Program-made: the position numbers and the translations under genes
In this document: piece by piece, positions 38,701 to 51,783 of the stretch
How the letters are laid out: the number at the start of each line of letters is the position of its first letter
Position numbering within the stretch: position 1 is the stretch's first letter
Notes under the pieces: model-generated
Seen by the model: only the letters and a program-made list of their open reading frames with translations
The model's database searches: none
Told to the model about the DNA's origin: nothing
NCBI RefSeq assembly: GCF_000143415.4
Contig: NW_003314293.1
Coordinates: 1,556,457 to 1,620,456 of the forward strand
DNA: 64,000 nucleotides
Source of the DNA: Selaginella moellendorffii
Lineage: Eukaryota; Plantae; Lycopodiophyta
Direction of reading: 5' to 3'

Positions 38701-40180
38701 GGGCACATGCAATGCCGAAATATGCGCCCGAGTTTCTGGAGCTTGTGCAGACTATTTTGGAGAGGACTCTTGAAAGATGTCGGGCTGCATACACTGAAGT
38801 GCGTATTTGTTTCCTTTGATTTTTTTTTACTCTTGTTATCTTGGATTTAGGCCGTCCTGGGTAGCCTGAGCTCCAGCATTATCGGCAGGACCGACGTTGA
38901 ACAACTCATGCAGCAAGACCCTGCAAGTGTGTTGCTTGAAGCAAATTGCCCTGATCATTATCCGAATGGAGAGGACGTTGAGCTGGAAATGGAGATGAAC
39001 AATTTGCTTTTGAGTTTGCGGCCTATCAAACATGTAAATATTTGCAGTCTACAGTTTTTGTTCATACCTCAACTTGTTATTTCAGGACCAGCTCATACAT
39101 GGTGATCAGAAGTTCGTTCTTCTGGCTGCTCTCAGCGAATCTTTATCTTCTCTTGCAACTTCGATCCAAAAGTAGGTGACTTTCAAGTACGTTTATCTTA
39201 TTGCCGTTCTGGAACTTCGTTTACAGTCTTGGATCGCAACAAAAGAAGAATGACATGGCGTCTAAGCGGCCCAGCAATATTTTACCTTCGGGGCTACATA
39301 GTCTGATCGCGAAATACCAAGATCTTTCTTCGGAATGCCTTCGGACACTCCGCATTGAAATGCAGCTTCAAGCAATACATTATCTACAGGTTTATCATGT
39401 GAGCTATGATATTACCGCCTTACATCTAGTGTTGTGCAGAGTATGACCGGGAGAGTCTATGTTAGCGATCACGATGCTGAAGAACCTGAAGATTTCATTG
39501 TTTCATTTACTTCTCAGGTAGATATTGTGTATTTATGTCAAACTCAAAACGTTTCCCTTCAGATTACGAGATGGGATGAGGAAATGACTTTTTATATTTC
39601 TTCCGCCAAAAGAAATTACGCTTTTGGTGGAATATGTGGAGTTGCCGCGACAGCGTTTGTTAAGGTATCCCTTGACCAGCTTTGTATGATTAACATTTCG
39701 GTGTGGCAGGCTCTGAACGACATGAGTTTAGTTAACGTATTCGGAGTTCGACAAATATGTAGAAATTGCATCGCACTCCAGCAAGTAATCATTCTGATGA
39801 ATCTAAGTTTCATCTACGTGATCTCTTTCTCCACAGGCCTTGGCAGCACTTAGCTCGACAGATGCTGATATGGTGCAACAACGGCTTGACAGAGTCCGAA
39901 CCTACTATGAACTTCTTACTATGCCTTTTGAGGTAACATCTTATGAGAAATTTCTGTATGTGATGTGTGTGTTTCTTTAGGCTCTTATTGCGTTCGTGAA
40001 CGAGCACGACTCGGAATTCTCATTCACCGAGTAAGCTTTTTGTTTTCGATATTCTCCAAATAACTATTGGATTTTCTTTCTTTTTTTTCCAGAGTCTCCA
40101 ATCTTCTCAAAGTGAATGTGCCAGGCAGAGAAATTCCACCAGATGCTGTGCAACGCATCGGAAAAGTTTTGGCGCCTTGA
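35782..40180 (+). CDS. SEC8: Exocyst complex component SEC8, many short introns
   Basis: EELEAIDDSWKQPRFDSLTHVV, YHKGFNKAIHNYSQ, VGALQDVRAE, CLRTLRIEMQLQ, GVRQICRNCIALQQ, RLDRVRTYYELL; TGA at 40178-40180. Confidence 0.93.
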
Positions 40181-40676
40181 ACAAGAAAAGGAGGGAGTGT
40201 ACATTAGCTGTTTGTGCAAAGTGTATAATTTATAGAATTTTTACATTGCATTCATTCTTTCTGCTAAAAGAGGTTGCCTGTGTTTTCTGTTCTTGCACAT
40301 TTGGTCCCTCTACGCTTTCAAATTGACATCTCGTTGTATTACTTACAGCTCGGAAAGGTTCGAAAGTATCTGGAAATAAATGTTTCTTTTTGCTGTTCAG
40401 AACTTCGACGAAGTCTTTCAGGACAGCGACAGCCATTGATTTTCCCGGCGGCTGACCAGTAAGTGCGTGAGCTACTTGCTAACTTGACTCAATTCTTGCT
40501 CACAGTGACGACTACATTTGCTCTTTCCGGGTTTATCTACGAGACCCACTTGCAAATGAGTGCGTCTGGAATGGACTACTCTCTCCCGAACGACGACTGT
40601 CCCGTGCATTGCGTATGTGACCAGGAAGTTCTACTCCTTTAATTCTCAACTTCGGCGATGAGACTTTTGGAGAGCC

Positions 40677-42655
40677 ATGAACACCTGTTTAGCATCTTGT
40701 GGAACTCTGACGCTTCTTCTCATAGTTCTGGCAGTTCTAGGAAGCCTTCTCCCTCGACACCACCGCCGAGATCATTCTTTGTGGATTGCTCTTCCTGCTA
40801 CCTTGGCCCTTGATGCATCAATTCCTGTGGCTACTGTAGATGAACATTTTGTCTGCGCAACAATTGACTGGTGGCCGCAGGGGAAGTGCAATTATGGAAG
40901 TTGCAGCTGGTTCCATTCTTCTATACTCAACCTGGTAAGCTTTCCATCAGAATTCACAGCCTTACCGATTGCAATTTTTCAGGATCTTACAAATCGTCTG
41001 CTTGCTGAGGCTGTGACAGGTAAATTGTTTTTCCCTGGCGGAGTGAAGAGGAAATTCCTGACAGTCTGCATTACAGCGTTGGCTCCACTATTGATACGGC
41101 TTGGAGGGTCTTTGGAGGATCAGATCTTTTACGACGTTGGAAGCTCTGCCACGACGACGACTTGCAAGACTTTCACCACTCAGAACCACAGGTTCGGATT
41201 TTCTACTGGATGTCTCAATATGTCACGATGGCAGCAACTAAATGAATTCTTTCAGAGAACAGGGTAATAACACCCCCGATGCTGTTTCGAGCAGTCTCAA
41301 GTGTTTGAGTTTCACTTCTACAGATCGCTGGTGGCATTTGGTCTAAACGCTTTACACGGGAAAGAACGTATCGATAACACATTCCAGGGACCTTGGAACT
41401 CTAGCAATGCGCGAGATTTCATAGCATACACTGCCAGCAAACGCTATCCTATCAAAGCTTGGGGGCTTGGTAAAAGTCAACTGCCTTGAAAGCTATTAAA
41501 CTGATTTCTTTTCCTTTTCCATGCAGGCAATGAGCTAAGTAGTAGTTTTAGCGGAGTTACATTGGATTCGAGGAACTATGCAGCAGATGTGGACGAACTC
41601 CAGCAGATAATTGACGAAATCTATGGAACCGGGCAAAAGCCAGTTCTCGTAGCACCGGATGGCTTTTTTTATGCTTACTGGTACAGCCAAGTTTTACAGC
41701 AAACCAGAACAGATCCAGCATTGAGAGCTGTCAGTTTTCACGTCTACGATCTTGGACCAGGTGAATTATATATATCTCTTCACGGTCTGGTACTATCCAA
41801 TTGGCACAGGTGATGGCAAAAACATTGCTGCTCGGATACTCAGCGCGGCTCACACCGATAGATATCAGCAAGTCCAGCGCGTTCTCCGCCAGTATGGAAA
41901 TGGAGCGAAGGCTTGGGTGGGAGAAGCAGGAGGGATTTATAACGGTGGTCAGCACCTCGTCAGTGACGCATTTGTCTTTAGTTTTTGGTATGATAAGTTT
42001 TTTTTATGCTTCTTCTTTCCTGGCTATTTCTTTTTCAATTCTAGGTACTTGGACCAGCTTGGGATGGCTGCGCTTCACAACACGGCAGTATTCTGTCGCC
42101 AAAGTCTTATAGGAGGTAACTACGGCCTCCTCGATTCAAACTTCAATCCAAATCCAGACTTTTACTCGTAAGTTTTTCTCAAAATCGGTTCAGGACGCTT
42201 TACTTCCCTTTCTTCGTTCCAGGGCGCTTCTCTGGAAGAGGCTTATGGGCGAAGTCGTGTTAAATGTGACATCACAAAGTCTCAACTCGTCCAGCTTCCA
42301 CACATACGCACACTGTTTGAAAAACGCCCGGGTGAGCTCCTTGGTTTGGCTCACTCCTTTCGCTTATTCGAATGTGGAACAGGGAGGAATCGCTGTCCTG
42401 GTGATCAACTTCAGCAACAACACACAGGTGGTGCTCGATCTGGGGCTCAAGTCGCAAAAGCTGGAGTACCACTTGAGCTCGCCGGATGGAAACGTCCAGA
42501 GCCAAAGAGTGGCTCTCAATGGGCAAGTTTTGGAGGGCGCTAAGAGCGAACTGAAGGCCATTGCGGTGGAGGGATCCAACCCGAGCAAAGTAGCACCGCT
42601 CTCGATTGCTTTCATCACGCTCCCAGATGCCTTCGTCCCCGCCTGTACTCTCTAA
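40677..42655 (+). CDS. Heparanase-like protein / glycoside hydrolase family 79 (copy 1)
   Basis: FVCATIDWWP..KCNYG.CSW, IRLGGSLED, GNE acid/base motif, AWVGEAGG nucleophile, CRQSLIGGNYGLL. Confidence 0.93.
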
Positions 42656-42939
42656 TTTCTAGAGAAATACGAAAATAACTCATACTTGGACGCGAGTTTT
42701 TCAGAGAGTCCGCCTATAGTCTCTTCCGAAAGTTTTATAAAAACCATGTCATAACACGAAAAAGTAATGTTAAGTTGTATGCGATTGAAACACCTCTTTG
42801 ATGCTTCTTTGTGACAGTGTTATGACAACAGTGTGTACTTGGAAGGAGGCATTATAAAACTAACACACACTTCTCTTGGTCCCAGCCATGGCACCTATAT
42901 AGCTCAGAGTGTTTTTGTTAAAGAAAAAAGCTTCATCCT

Positions 42940-43790
42940 GCTCGCTTTCTCCCGCCAGGATCAATCCAGCCTACAATGCAAATCTCATCGCCCAGGTTGA
43001 TGGCTGGTGCTTGGAGTTTCTCACTCTGCTGCTTCCCATCACGAAATACACGCTTGGTTCTTCGTTGCGGACAATGGAATGGACGATCCTCACATCTGGC
43101 CTACAATCTGGTCGATGAAGGGAAGTACGAGCAAGCAAAGGCGGTGGTGCTGGACAACCCGGATCTTTCTCGCCAGGTCCGGGTATTTTGGGATGTCTTG
43201 GACGAGCTCAAGATCTTCATGACCGAAGCAAGGTTCTGCGGATCCATGATCAAGGCACTGGACATGTTCGAGGTGGAGCTAAGCTGGATCCATCCCCAGC
43301 GTCTCTTCTGGAGTTTATCATGATCTGACCATGAGTCTCTTCTGGAGTTCTTTCTTGATTCCGTGCAGGGCTTGAAGTTGGAGCATCACCCTCTCCTTCA
43401 AAAGGCAGAAGAGATTGGGATCCACCACGTTATGATTGTCAACGACTTTTCTCCTTCAGAAAAGAATGGGCCACCGGGAACTACCTCAACATCGTCCCCG
43501 CCGTGGCTTACAATCTAAACTTGGGAATCAACGATGCAATCACAAAGGTGGCAAGCACAACATCGTCCCCGCCGTGGCTTACAATCTAAACTTGGGAATC
43601 AACGATGCAATCACAAAGGTGGCAAGCAGGAGTTCGCACAAAAAAGGATGGTGTTATGGAGTACCTGGCGGGAACGGAGGAGTGGATGGCTGGAAATAAT
43701 AGAATGGTCGTGCCAAGCAACACGGTACAATGGCCTAGGCTGGATTCCTTCACCAATAAAGTCCGCCAACTTTGTCCTTGAAAACGGATG
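42940..43790 (+). pseudogene. Microbial terpene synthase-like (MTPSL) pseudogene 1
   Basis: IGIHHVMIVND-FSFRKE (NSE/DTE motif, frameshifted), EEWMAG, IEWSCQATRY (WxxxxxRY); frameshifts, stops and a 71-bp duplication. Confidence 0.75.
43487..43628 (+). repeat. Exact 71-bp tandem duplication
   Basis: CAACATCGTCCCC...GGTGGCAAGCA at 43487-43557 and 43558-43628. Confidence 0.95.
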
Positions 43791-43933
43791 ATTTCGTGCC
43801 TGTTTGAAGGTAAAAACAAAAATAAGTTCCATAAAGCCATCAATAAAATCAAAATCCAGTACATATGGAGGATTTGCTGACACATGTGTTAAATGGTCGA
43901 AATTGTCGAGCATGTTTTCAACTGATTTGCTCC

Positions 43934-46900
43934 TCAGCACGTCGATGCCAAATAGCCATTGTAATCTAAAGCCATCCAAAAGTCTGAGAGCTGGTGCTGG
44001 GCCTCGGATTTCAAGTAGTATTTGTGTAAGCGGCAGACGGTCTCATGAAACGAAGATCTCAGCTCTAGAACCTGGTAATATGAGTGAGGATACCGCTCGA
44101 GAAGGATGAAAAGAAACTCCCTACCCTTGAATACAATTTGTCGATGCAAACTTTGTCATCCTCCCAGCTCCTAATGTTCTTGAGAGACGAGCGAAAGTCG
44201 AGCAAGCACTGCATTATGTTGTCCGTGCATAACTTCACTCCTGTGTGCTCCAAAGAAAGGAAACATCTACACGCAGGACAGCAGACGACATTAAAAAAAA
44301 GTCTCGTTTTGCTTCGGTGCTTACTGATGGACTGCGTTGGTTAAGTACTTGTGGTGGACTACCTCCAAGTCCTGCATGTCTTTGATCTGCTTAAAAAGTC
44401 GGCATTAGGTGAAGAAACTTGCAGTACGTTTATTCTATTTACCTCGTGTTTGATAGCATGAAGAAACTCGCCCCAAACAACATGTAGAAGCTGCGAATGT
44501 ACGTGACACTGAAAGGCTGTGACAAAATGCCCAATTTGGTGCCTGGAAAAAGAAAAACAAAGCCTCAAAGAATTAGCGATGAAAGTTGTTAGAAAGCACC
44601 TAAAAAGTTGAAGAGCTCGGAGTTTATCCGTCTGCTGCTCCGAAGACCTCAGGCGACGCATAGAGCGTTCCACTGCCTGAAATTAAAAAAGACAAATGAA
44701 ACGTCGGCCATACTACAAGAACGAAAACATGCGCACTTACTTGTAGCGAGCTGCTGATTTCTCCGAGGGCGAAAACCGCGTGCCTTACACGAAGCAACAA
44801 TCTGAAGATCAGATTGTACAAGCACAAAGCGTCTGCTGTGAGAATAAGATTAAGTGGCCAATCCACATGGTAGCCAAGCTCAATAAAATCGTAAGCCTCC
44901 AAACCTGTGCATGCAAGCTGCAACTGCTAAAAGAAAAAGTTTGAATCTTACTGTTGTGGTTGACAAAGGCATCGTCTTGGCCCTCGGATATGCTGCAAAT
45001 ATGCAGCCTTTCGGCATAACTATCTCCATCACACGAGGATTTTTGTAGAGCTGTTTCCAGCATTCCTTGAACTTCGACAATGTGATGTTGTCGTCGTGAG
45101 AGGCCCCACTTCTGCTCAAAACGAAAAGCTGCAAATGTAAAAGGTAAGCAAATAAAATGTGTAACGTACATGGGAGCAAAGCGCAGTGATGAAATTATCA
45201 GCCCAGTCTCCAACTTCCATGAAATAATAGCGTCTCAGCGCCAGGTAATGGTCTTGAAGGTGAAGGTGGTCCTGCAATAGTCTTACTGTGAAAACACTCA
45301 CCAGTCGGTATCTACATCCTGTTAAGTGTGAGATCTGAGAAAAAGAAGAAACGAAACTGAGGAAAAGGATACTGCATAAGGATCTCGTCCGTAATGCTCT
45401 TCTCCACGGCCACGCTGATAGGAATGTCCGAGCCAGCTCTTTCTTGACGGCATCCAGGAAGCGTGGTTTTGTGTTGTGTAGTCATTTTGAGTGCTGAGAC
45501 CCACGAACCACCTCCTTGAGGACTTGAGGACTTTTCGCTTCTTACTTCATCAGGGGAGCTAGTTTCCGCAGGCTGTAGCTTGACTCTCTCTTCCACACTT
45601 TCTGGAGCTCTTCTTATAGCTGGTAAGTTGTCATCTTTAAGTAGAATGCTTGCGACATCGATGTCAATCTTCGTGGCCTTGGTCAAGGATAGAAGTCCCA
45701 CTTGTGATAGCTCCGGAATGAGCTTCTTCGCAAGGCTGTTCTCGTTAACGAGGGTTGATCTTATATCCCAGCCATCAGCAGTATTCGTGAAGATCGTGGA
45801 AATGTACTCGTTGATATTCCCTTCGCCACAAGCATAAAATGGATTTCTTGGCAGTCCAGCATTTGGTGTCGTAAGTAAAGATGAGATGCTTAATGCACGA
45901 TCGGCCGAGGAACCCGATTCAGGAGGAACTTCGCTTGCGAAAAGACTGTCCTGCGTGTGTGGTTGTAAGAAGCTCTCGTCACAACTGACAGTTTCCTGCT
46001 CAGAGCTAGCACCGGTATCACTGTCGTGATTGTCATTGCTGTCCTCGCCAAGTCGCAGAGAGTCCACTTCAGCAGAAGTGGCCGTTTCATCAGTAGTTCT
46101 GTTTAAGATAAAACTTTTCAATGCACAGTTTACTACAAAGACTCACGTTATTTCTGGCTCTGATTCCGAGTCCTCTGAAGCTGTTGCTGATTCTTCCTCC
46201 TATATAGAAAAAATAATTGGAATAAAGATAAAACTATAGAACGCCTTACCAATTTTGTGGGATACTTGTCACCAAAAAATTTACGGTAGTGCTCTGCAAT
46301 CGTCTCCGCTCGATGCTGCCTCTGCTTGAAAACTTGCCTGAGGCCTTTCTTGTCAAAGGCCACAGATAAAAAACAAGAAACCTGCCCTTCCATGTCTGTC
46401 TCGTGACTTGGCATGGAGCCTTGAAACGCAGAGCTCAAGGCCTGGGCAAACTCACGCGTCTCTGGAAGCTTTAGCAGGACTTCCAACTGTTGTGCTGTAC
46501 GCAGCATTTGAGAAGATACGTCCACCAGAAAAACAGGAGTATTGACGCCTGTCCGGATCTAGAGGATGGAAAAATCACAAACAAGCTTGGGACGTGATGA
46601 AAAGAAATCCTGACCTTCAGGCTACTTTTCATGGAGTTCTCCACTGGCTGCGATCGCCGAGGCCTTGACGCTTGCTCCAGAATAAACTCTCCATGCGGGT
46701 CCTTTAGATCAGCGCAGTATATGCACGATCTCACGAAAAGCGCATATGGCTCATATGTCCGAGCAAACAAGAAGCGGAGCACTTCTAGATGCACCGGATC
46801 AGGTTCCTGGAAAGATGAAAGAGAAATAGCAAAGCAAGAAAAAAGTGAACCTTACGAGCAACAAGTTGTAGAGAAGAGTGAGCAAGTCAGCTCCCTTCGG

Positions 46901-47618
46901 GAAAGCCTTGAACTTCTCCAGCATATCATTGCCGGTGGTGGAAAACGCTGCTTTCTCGTCCTCGCCATCGCCACCTATGGAACAAATCCTCGTGAGAGCC
47001 TGTAGCTGCACCCTCAGCTCCTCGGTGTGGAGATAGAGCTCCACAAGGCTCTGAGCACTGCTGCGATCAAACCGAAGATTCAAGGCGGCCGAGTGTGCGT
47101 GCAAGATGGTCCTCACAGCAGAAGCAAAAGCCTGATTCAAGAGCGGACAAGCGCCGCCAGCTTTCCTCCTGTGGAAGCCGAGGAAGAAGTCTACAAACCG
47201 ATCGAGCTGGTACCTGTGCCACCCCGCTCGAGCGAAACACGAGAGTAGTTTGGCCAAAGCGCTGGCGCTGGACGAGAGCCGCCAGAGAGTAGCAATGTTG
47301 TGAGCAGTCTTATCGGCAGCTTGCAAGGCAAAGGCTGCGGCGAGGGAGCGCAAGGCTGTGATCGCGGAGGGAAGTCCCTGGAGAGCATGTAAAGAGTCCT
47401 TGACGAGCTTTGCCTCCTAGAATCACATTTTCTTCGCAAATTATACTAGATACTAAAGGATACAAGGAGCTTACACTGGAACAAGGAGACGACGGCCGCG
47501 GCGCGTGTTTGATCGCCCCACGGATGGCGCAAAACTCGCGGGGCTGCTCCCAGCAGTGTGAGACCTTCGGCGCGGAAGTCTCGAATCCGACCTGGATCCA
47601 CATTTCTTCCTCCCGCAT
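43934..47618 (-). CDS. GCP6: Gamma-tubulin complex component 6-like (Spc97/Spc98 family), multi-exon
   Basis: LVKDSLHALQG..AADKTAHNIATLWR, FPKGADLLTLLY, long acidic insertion, HYLALRRYYFMEVGDWADNF, LGYHVDWPLNLIL, FWMALDYNGYL. Confidence 0.85.
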
Positions 47619-47789
47619 TTTTGCTAAACCCTAATCCTAGACTGAACAAAATATTTCCCAATTTTAGTGGTGCAACGTAGCTTGAATATCTATTGGCTGT
47701 CTATGTTTGTCAGATTGCCTGAGCAGCAATCTTCTGAGAGGGACAATCTTATAGACGTAGAATCTCAATGCATTATAATTCTTGAATGA

Positions 47790-48600
47790 TTAGACAGACT
47801 TCGCCAATGCTCCTAACAAGCCTAGCTCAAACTCATCATACCTGTTTGTGTGGCGTTCATCCTCCTTTCTCGTTGAGTTGAGTGTCCTGAGGGACGGGCG
47901 AAAAATCACTGCTTTTGCATATTCATCTACGTGCCCCCCCAATCCCCTGTGCTCAAGTCGTAAACAAACATGATCCCCAGATTGGCCTCTGCATGAACAG
48001 AACAAGGGAAAATCATTCCGACAGAGCGCTGCCCAGCGTACACTTGATCAAGCATCGCTTTATGGGTCTTTGCAGAGACCGCAACCAAGCCACCCTTGTC
48101 GTCACCCTTCCACACGCCATAGCCATCAACTCCGGACTCCCCTGCCTCGCGGTTGCCTCCCGCATACACCCAGCCACTTGCAAAGTATCGCTGGCCATTG
48201 TACTCCCACGGCCTCGCGGTGCACAGCCCCGGGAGCGGCAAAACGCAGCGCAGGATCTCTTCATCTGGGTCAACGTTGTCTTCCAGGCCCGTTATAATCC
48301 TGCCTACGTCAACGTGAAGGCGCAGCGGCTTTCAGATTACAGCGTGGACGTGGCGCCCTTGGAGAGAGAAGACCACGAGCGCGTTGCCGAGTCGTAGATG
48401 CAGCACCAGCGGCCTGAGAAGTCGACAGCGGTGGCAGGACAGAGAAAGCGACTTTGAAGCCATTCTATGGAGCGGTGGTAGTTCGCTCCACTCTTGGGTC
48501 ACTGGCTTCCCCACCACCAGGTGAAACACAATCAATCATGCCCAATGTAGCCAGGTCCACATAGCTGAGAACCGTCTCCAAAATGTCGCAGCACAGTCTA
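47790..48600 (-). pseudogene. F-box (kelch/FBA-like) pseudogene
   Basis: DILETVLSYVDLATLGMIDCVS (F-box-like), LVVGKPVTQEWSELPP, IYDSATRSWS and MFVYDLSTGDW lie in shifting frames. Confidence 0.5.
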
Positions 48601-49424
48601 TGATCATAGCAAGACGTCCTCTTAGTTTCTTCTTTCTAAAGAAGTTATTCCCCATTATTAACCTCCTCACTGGCTTGTGCTTCTCAACTCCGCCGTCTCA
48701 TTGAAACTGAGCTTCTCATAAATCTCTCCAATCCTGATTATCTCCCTCTTTATGCTCAATCTCGTCTACTGAGGAGACATCGAAAGTGTTCATTGTAAAG
48801 TCATGGCGTGATAAACATCCACCTGTGACGTTCCTCCAGTCAGATTGAACATAGAAAACACACAACTTACGTGAATCAGGTGTGGAAGTCTTCCATGCTG
48901 GCCAGCCAAACTGATCCCAGAGACGTAATATAAAGAAATGAGGACTTTAGTCATTAGTGGTCATGTTTTTTCCATTTAGTCGCGGACTTTTTCTTTTCCT
49001 AGGATCTCATGACAATCATCCTCGAATGCTGCCTTCAAGAGAAAGTTTTCAACACACTTCTACTGTCTCATGATTCACAGATTCTACTTACAAGAAAAGA
49101 CCAAAGAACCTTCGTAGTTATTTTCCAACCTTCTGGTGGCACCATTCAATTCCACTCCCTAGACTAAGTGTTGAGTTACAGAATCATGCAACATCTCTGA
49201 CATGAACATACTTTCTAAGCTGCTGAAATATCCCACCTCATCATTAAAAACAAATAAAATCCCTTCTTGTTTATCATATTGCTAAAAGTCCTTAAGAATC
49301 AGTAGAATTCTTATAAGAAAAGGATCATAAATTACCATGTAAGTCATACTTATCAGTATCTATCACTATAAATTTTTGGTAGTTTGCAACACGCCAAGGT
49401 GATAAGGCGGACAAAGAGAATAGC

Positions 49425-50065
49425 TTCTTCATCCCGCCAGTAACCCAATCTGGCCTACAATGCAAATCTCATTGCCCAAGTCGACAACTGTTTCTTGAAG
49501 TTTCTGCCAGAGCAAGTTCTCAAGAGCTATGTCTTCCCGAGCTTTCCAGCTTGCGCACTTCTAATATATCGCTTTGACGATATCCTCACATCCCGCCCTC
49601 ATACATGGTTTTGGCCTATAAGCTGGCTCGACATGGAGCTAAGCTGGATTCTCATCCTCAGCATGAACACTTACATCTGGCTGAGAGAAATGGCTGAACC
49701 GTTTATCGATTTCATGCAGGGCTTGAAGCTGGCAGGAGATGCTTCTGCTTCAGAGATTGGAATCCACCACGTTATGATTGTCAACGACTTGTTCTCCTTC
49801 AGGAAAGAACGGGCCACTAGGAACTACCTCAACATCATCCGGCCTTGTTGTGGCTTACAATCTAAACCTGGAAATCAACAATGCAATTGCAAAGGTGACA
49901 AGCAGGAGTTCACACAAAAGAAGAGAGAGATATAAATGGTCTCTGTGGCAAGGATGGTGTTATGGAGTACCTGGCGGGAATGGAGGAGTAGATGGCTGGA
50001 AATATAGAATGGTCGTGGCAAACGGCACGTAGACTGGATTCCTCCACCAATAAAGTCCGCAAGCT
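49425..50065 (+). pseudogene. Microbial terpene synthase-like (MTPSL) pseudogene 2
   Basis: YNANLIAQVD, YRFDDIL (Asp-rich remnant), intact NDLFSFRKE, EYLAGMEE; collinear with 42940-43790 but with different deletions. Confidence 0.75.
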
Positions 50066-50084
50066 TTTCCCTTTGACTCGATTA

Positions 50085-51062
50085 TTACGATTGTGTTCCT
50101 ATGTTCCTCGTTCTCTTTAGATAGCTCGCAGTGGGCTGAATGCTACTGTCCTCCACAAGCATCTCTACAAGCTCTGGAGTATCGGGCCCAAAATTGGTCA
50201 CCCGAGGCCCCCAGTAGTGATTCATCCTCATCTCCTCCTCCTCCGCCACAATCGTCGCCCCAGTCCCCATCGAAAACATGTGTGCGTCGATGCTCGTCGC
50301 GCTCTCCACCAGCGATGGCCGAAAGATTGGCTTCTGTCGGCTGCGAGAACCCGCAATCCTACCCTCGGTCTCACGTTTTCTTCTCTGGTACCGCTCGATC
50401 ATCCAATTCCCGGGATCTCCCGCTGGATTCCCCAGGAAGAACATACACTGGAGCAAGATCTGGGACACTTCACTCGTCTCCGCTCTTCTTTGCACGAATC
50501 TGGCCAGAAAGGCCGGAAATGTGTCCATGGGCGAGAATGGGTACTCGTCCACATCCATCTCAAGCGCCCAAACACTCGATTGATTGTAGTTCGCAAGGAA
50601 ATGAGCGTAGGAATTCTCCTGCTCGTAATGGCAATCCGAGCTCTCTAGCATCGGGAAGAGCGAGTAGAAGCGGTGGTACGTGAGAGCACCGGATTCCACA
50701 TAAGGCCGGAGATTTTCCTCCTGTGACTCGGATTGACCGTGGGCGGTATCATACCAGTAGATGTGCCCCACACCTGCGCTGCCCATGAATTCGATCCACT
50801 GCCGGCACTCGAAGGCCGTGATGTTGAAGAGATCCGCTGCGAATACCCTGTTAACAATCACCGCGACGAGAAAGAAGCCGTCACCCTCGTGTAGATTGAT
50901 CATTAGACGGGGGCTCGATTTGTTGCCAAAGCGGACGAACTCGAGCTGGGAGATCACAAGAAAAATGAGCCACGCTGCCAAAAGTAGCATCCATATTTTC
51001 CTATTGATCGTAGTGTTGTTGCTACCATTGCCAGTCATTGATGATGATCCCAGACGCACCAT
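50085..51062 (-). CDS. Glycosyltransferase family 92/DUF23-like (GT-A fold) type II membrane protein, intronless
   Basis: N-terminal TM anchor, QWIEFM...GVGHIYWYD, LRPYVESG, Q..SY.H.L, WALEMDVDEY (DxD), K.IFRP, and HMF...HYW. Confidence 0.75.
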   Translation of the reverse strand: MVRLGSSSMTGNGSNNTTINRKIWMLLLAAWLIFLVISQLEFVRFGNKSSPRLMINLHEGDGFFLVAVIVNRVFAADLFNITAFECRQWIEFMGSAGVGHIYWYDTAHGQSESQEENLRPYVESGALTYHRFYSLFPMLESSDCHYEQENSYAHFLANYNQSSVWALEMDVDEYPFSPMDTFPAFLARFVQRRAETSEVSQILLQCMFFLGNPAGDPGNWMIERYQRRKRETEGRIAGSRSRQKPIFRPSLVESATSIDAHMFSMGTGATIVAEEEEMRMNHYWGPRVTNFGPDTPELVEMLVEDSSIQPTASYLKRTRNIGTQS

Positions 51063-51401
51063 GGCGAATGTAAACTCTTGCTTGGATATTTAGTCAAGCT
51101 AAGTCTGATTGCCTAACTCATCGTTGTTGGTCGCAAAATCGAGCCAAAAATCTAGGCCAACTTATTCAAATTTGTAGCCCACCAAAATTTTGAGCTACGT
51201 TGGATAGCTTGCGCACCTCATTAGAATCTTAACGAAACAGCAGATTTGCTGATTATAGTCTTGCAGTGCCCAAGAAACATAAAACTTTATGAATGCAATG
51301 CAATTGAATTTCTTGCTTCCCTCCACGCTCCTTTTTATCATACCAAATATGATAACATAATAATTATATTTGCATGTGGTAAATTAATTATATTTTTGTT
51401 A

Positions 51402-51697
51402 TTGGTTTGCTTAAGTAAACCTATAGGGATGGTAGTGAATATACCTAAAATATGCTTAAATATTCTAGGATATTTTACCATCTAACAGTTGTTGTTCATT
51501 TAGATTAATCTTGTATTTATAATTTATAAACTTTCTTAAACCCTTTCTAGTATATTCTTTTTTATTCTACCATCTAATGGTAGATATGCAATAAAATTAA
51601 TCTTGTGTTTATAAATTATAAACATGCTTATAATTATAGATTTTATTTGATCAATTGAATTAATAAGTAGGAACAACATTACTATTAAGCAAACCAA
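51402..51697. mobile_element. MITE copy A (internally deleted)
   Basis: TIRs TTGGTTTGCTTAA / TTAAGCAAACCAA; the first ~230 bp is a direct repeat of copy B. Confidence 0.75.
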
Positions 51698-51783
51698 GTG
51701 TTGCTACGTGTAATGTGTAGCTTTAGGGTTTAGGGTCTAAATTGTTTTATTATCCTTTTATAGCTGTTATATTTTAAGAATAT

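Noticed and set aside
51722-51735. Interstitial telomere
   Set aside because: Only two TTTAGGG units, indistinguishable from a telo-box.
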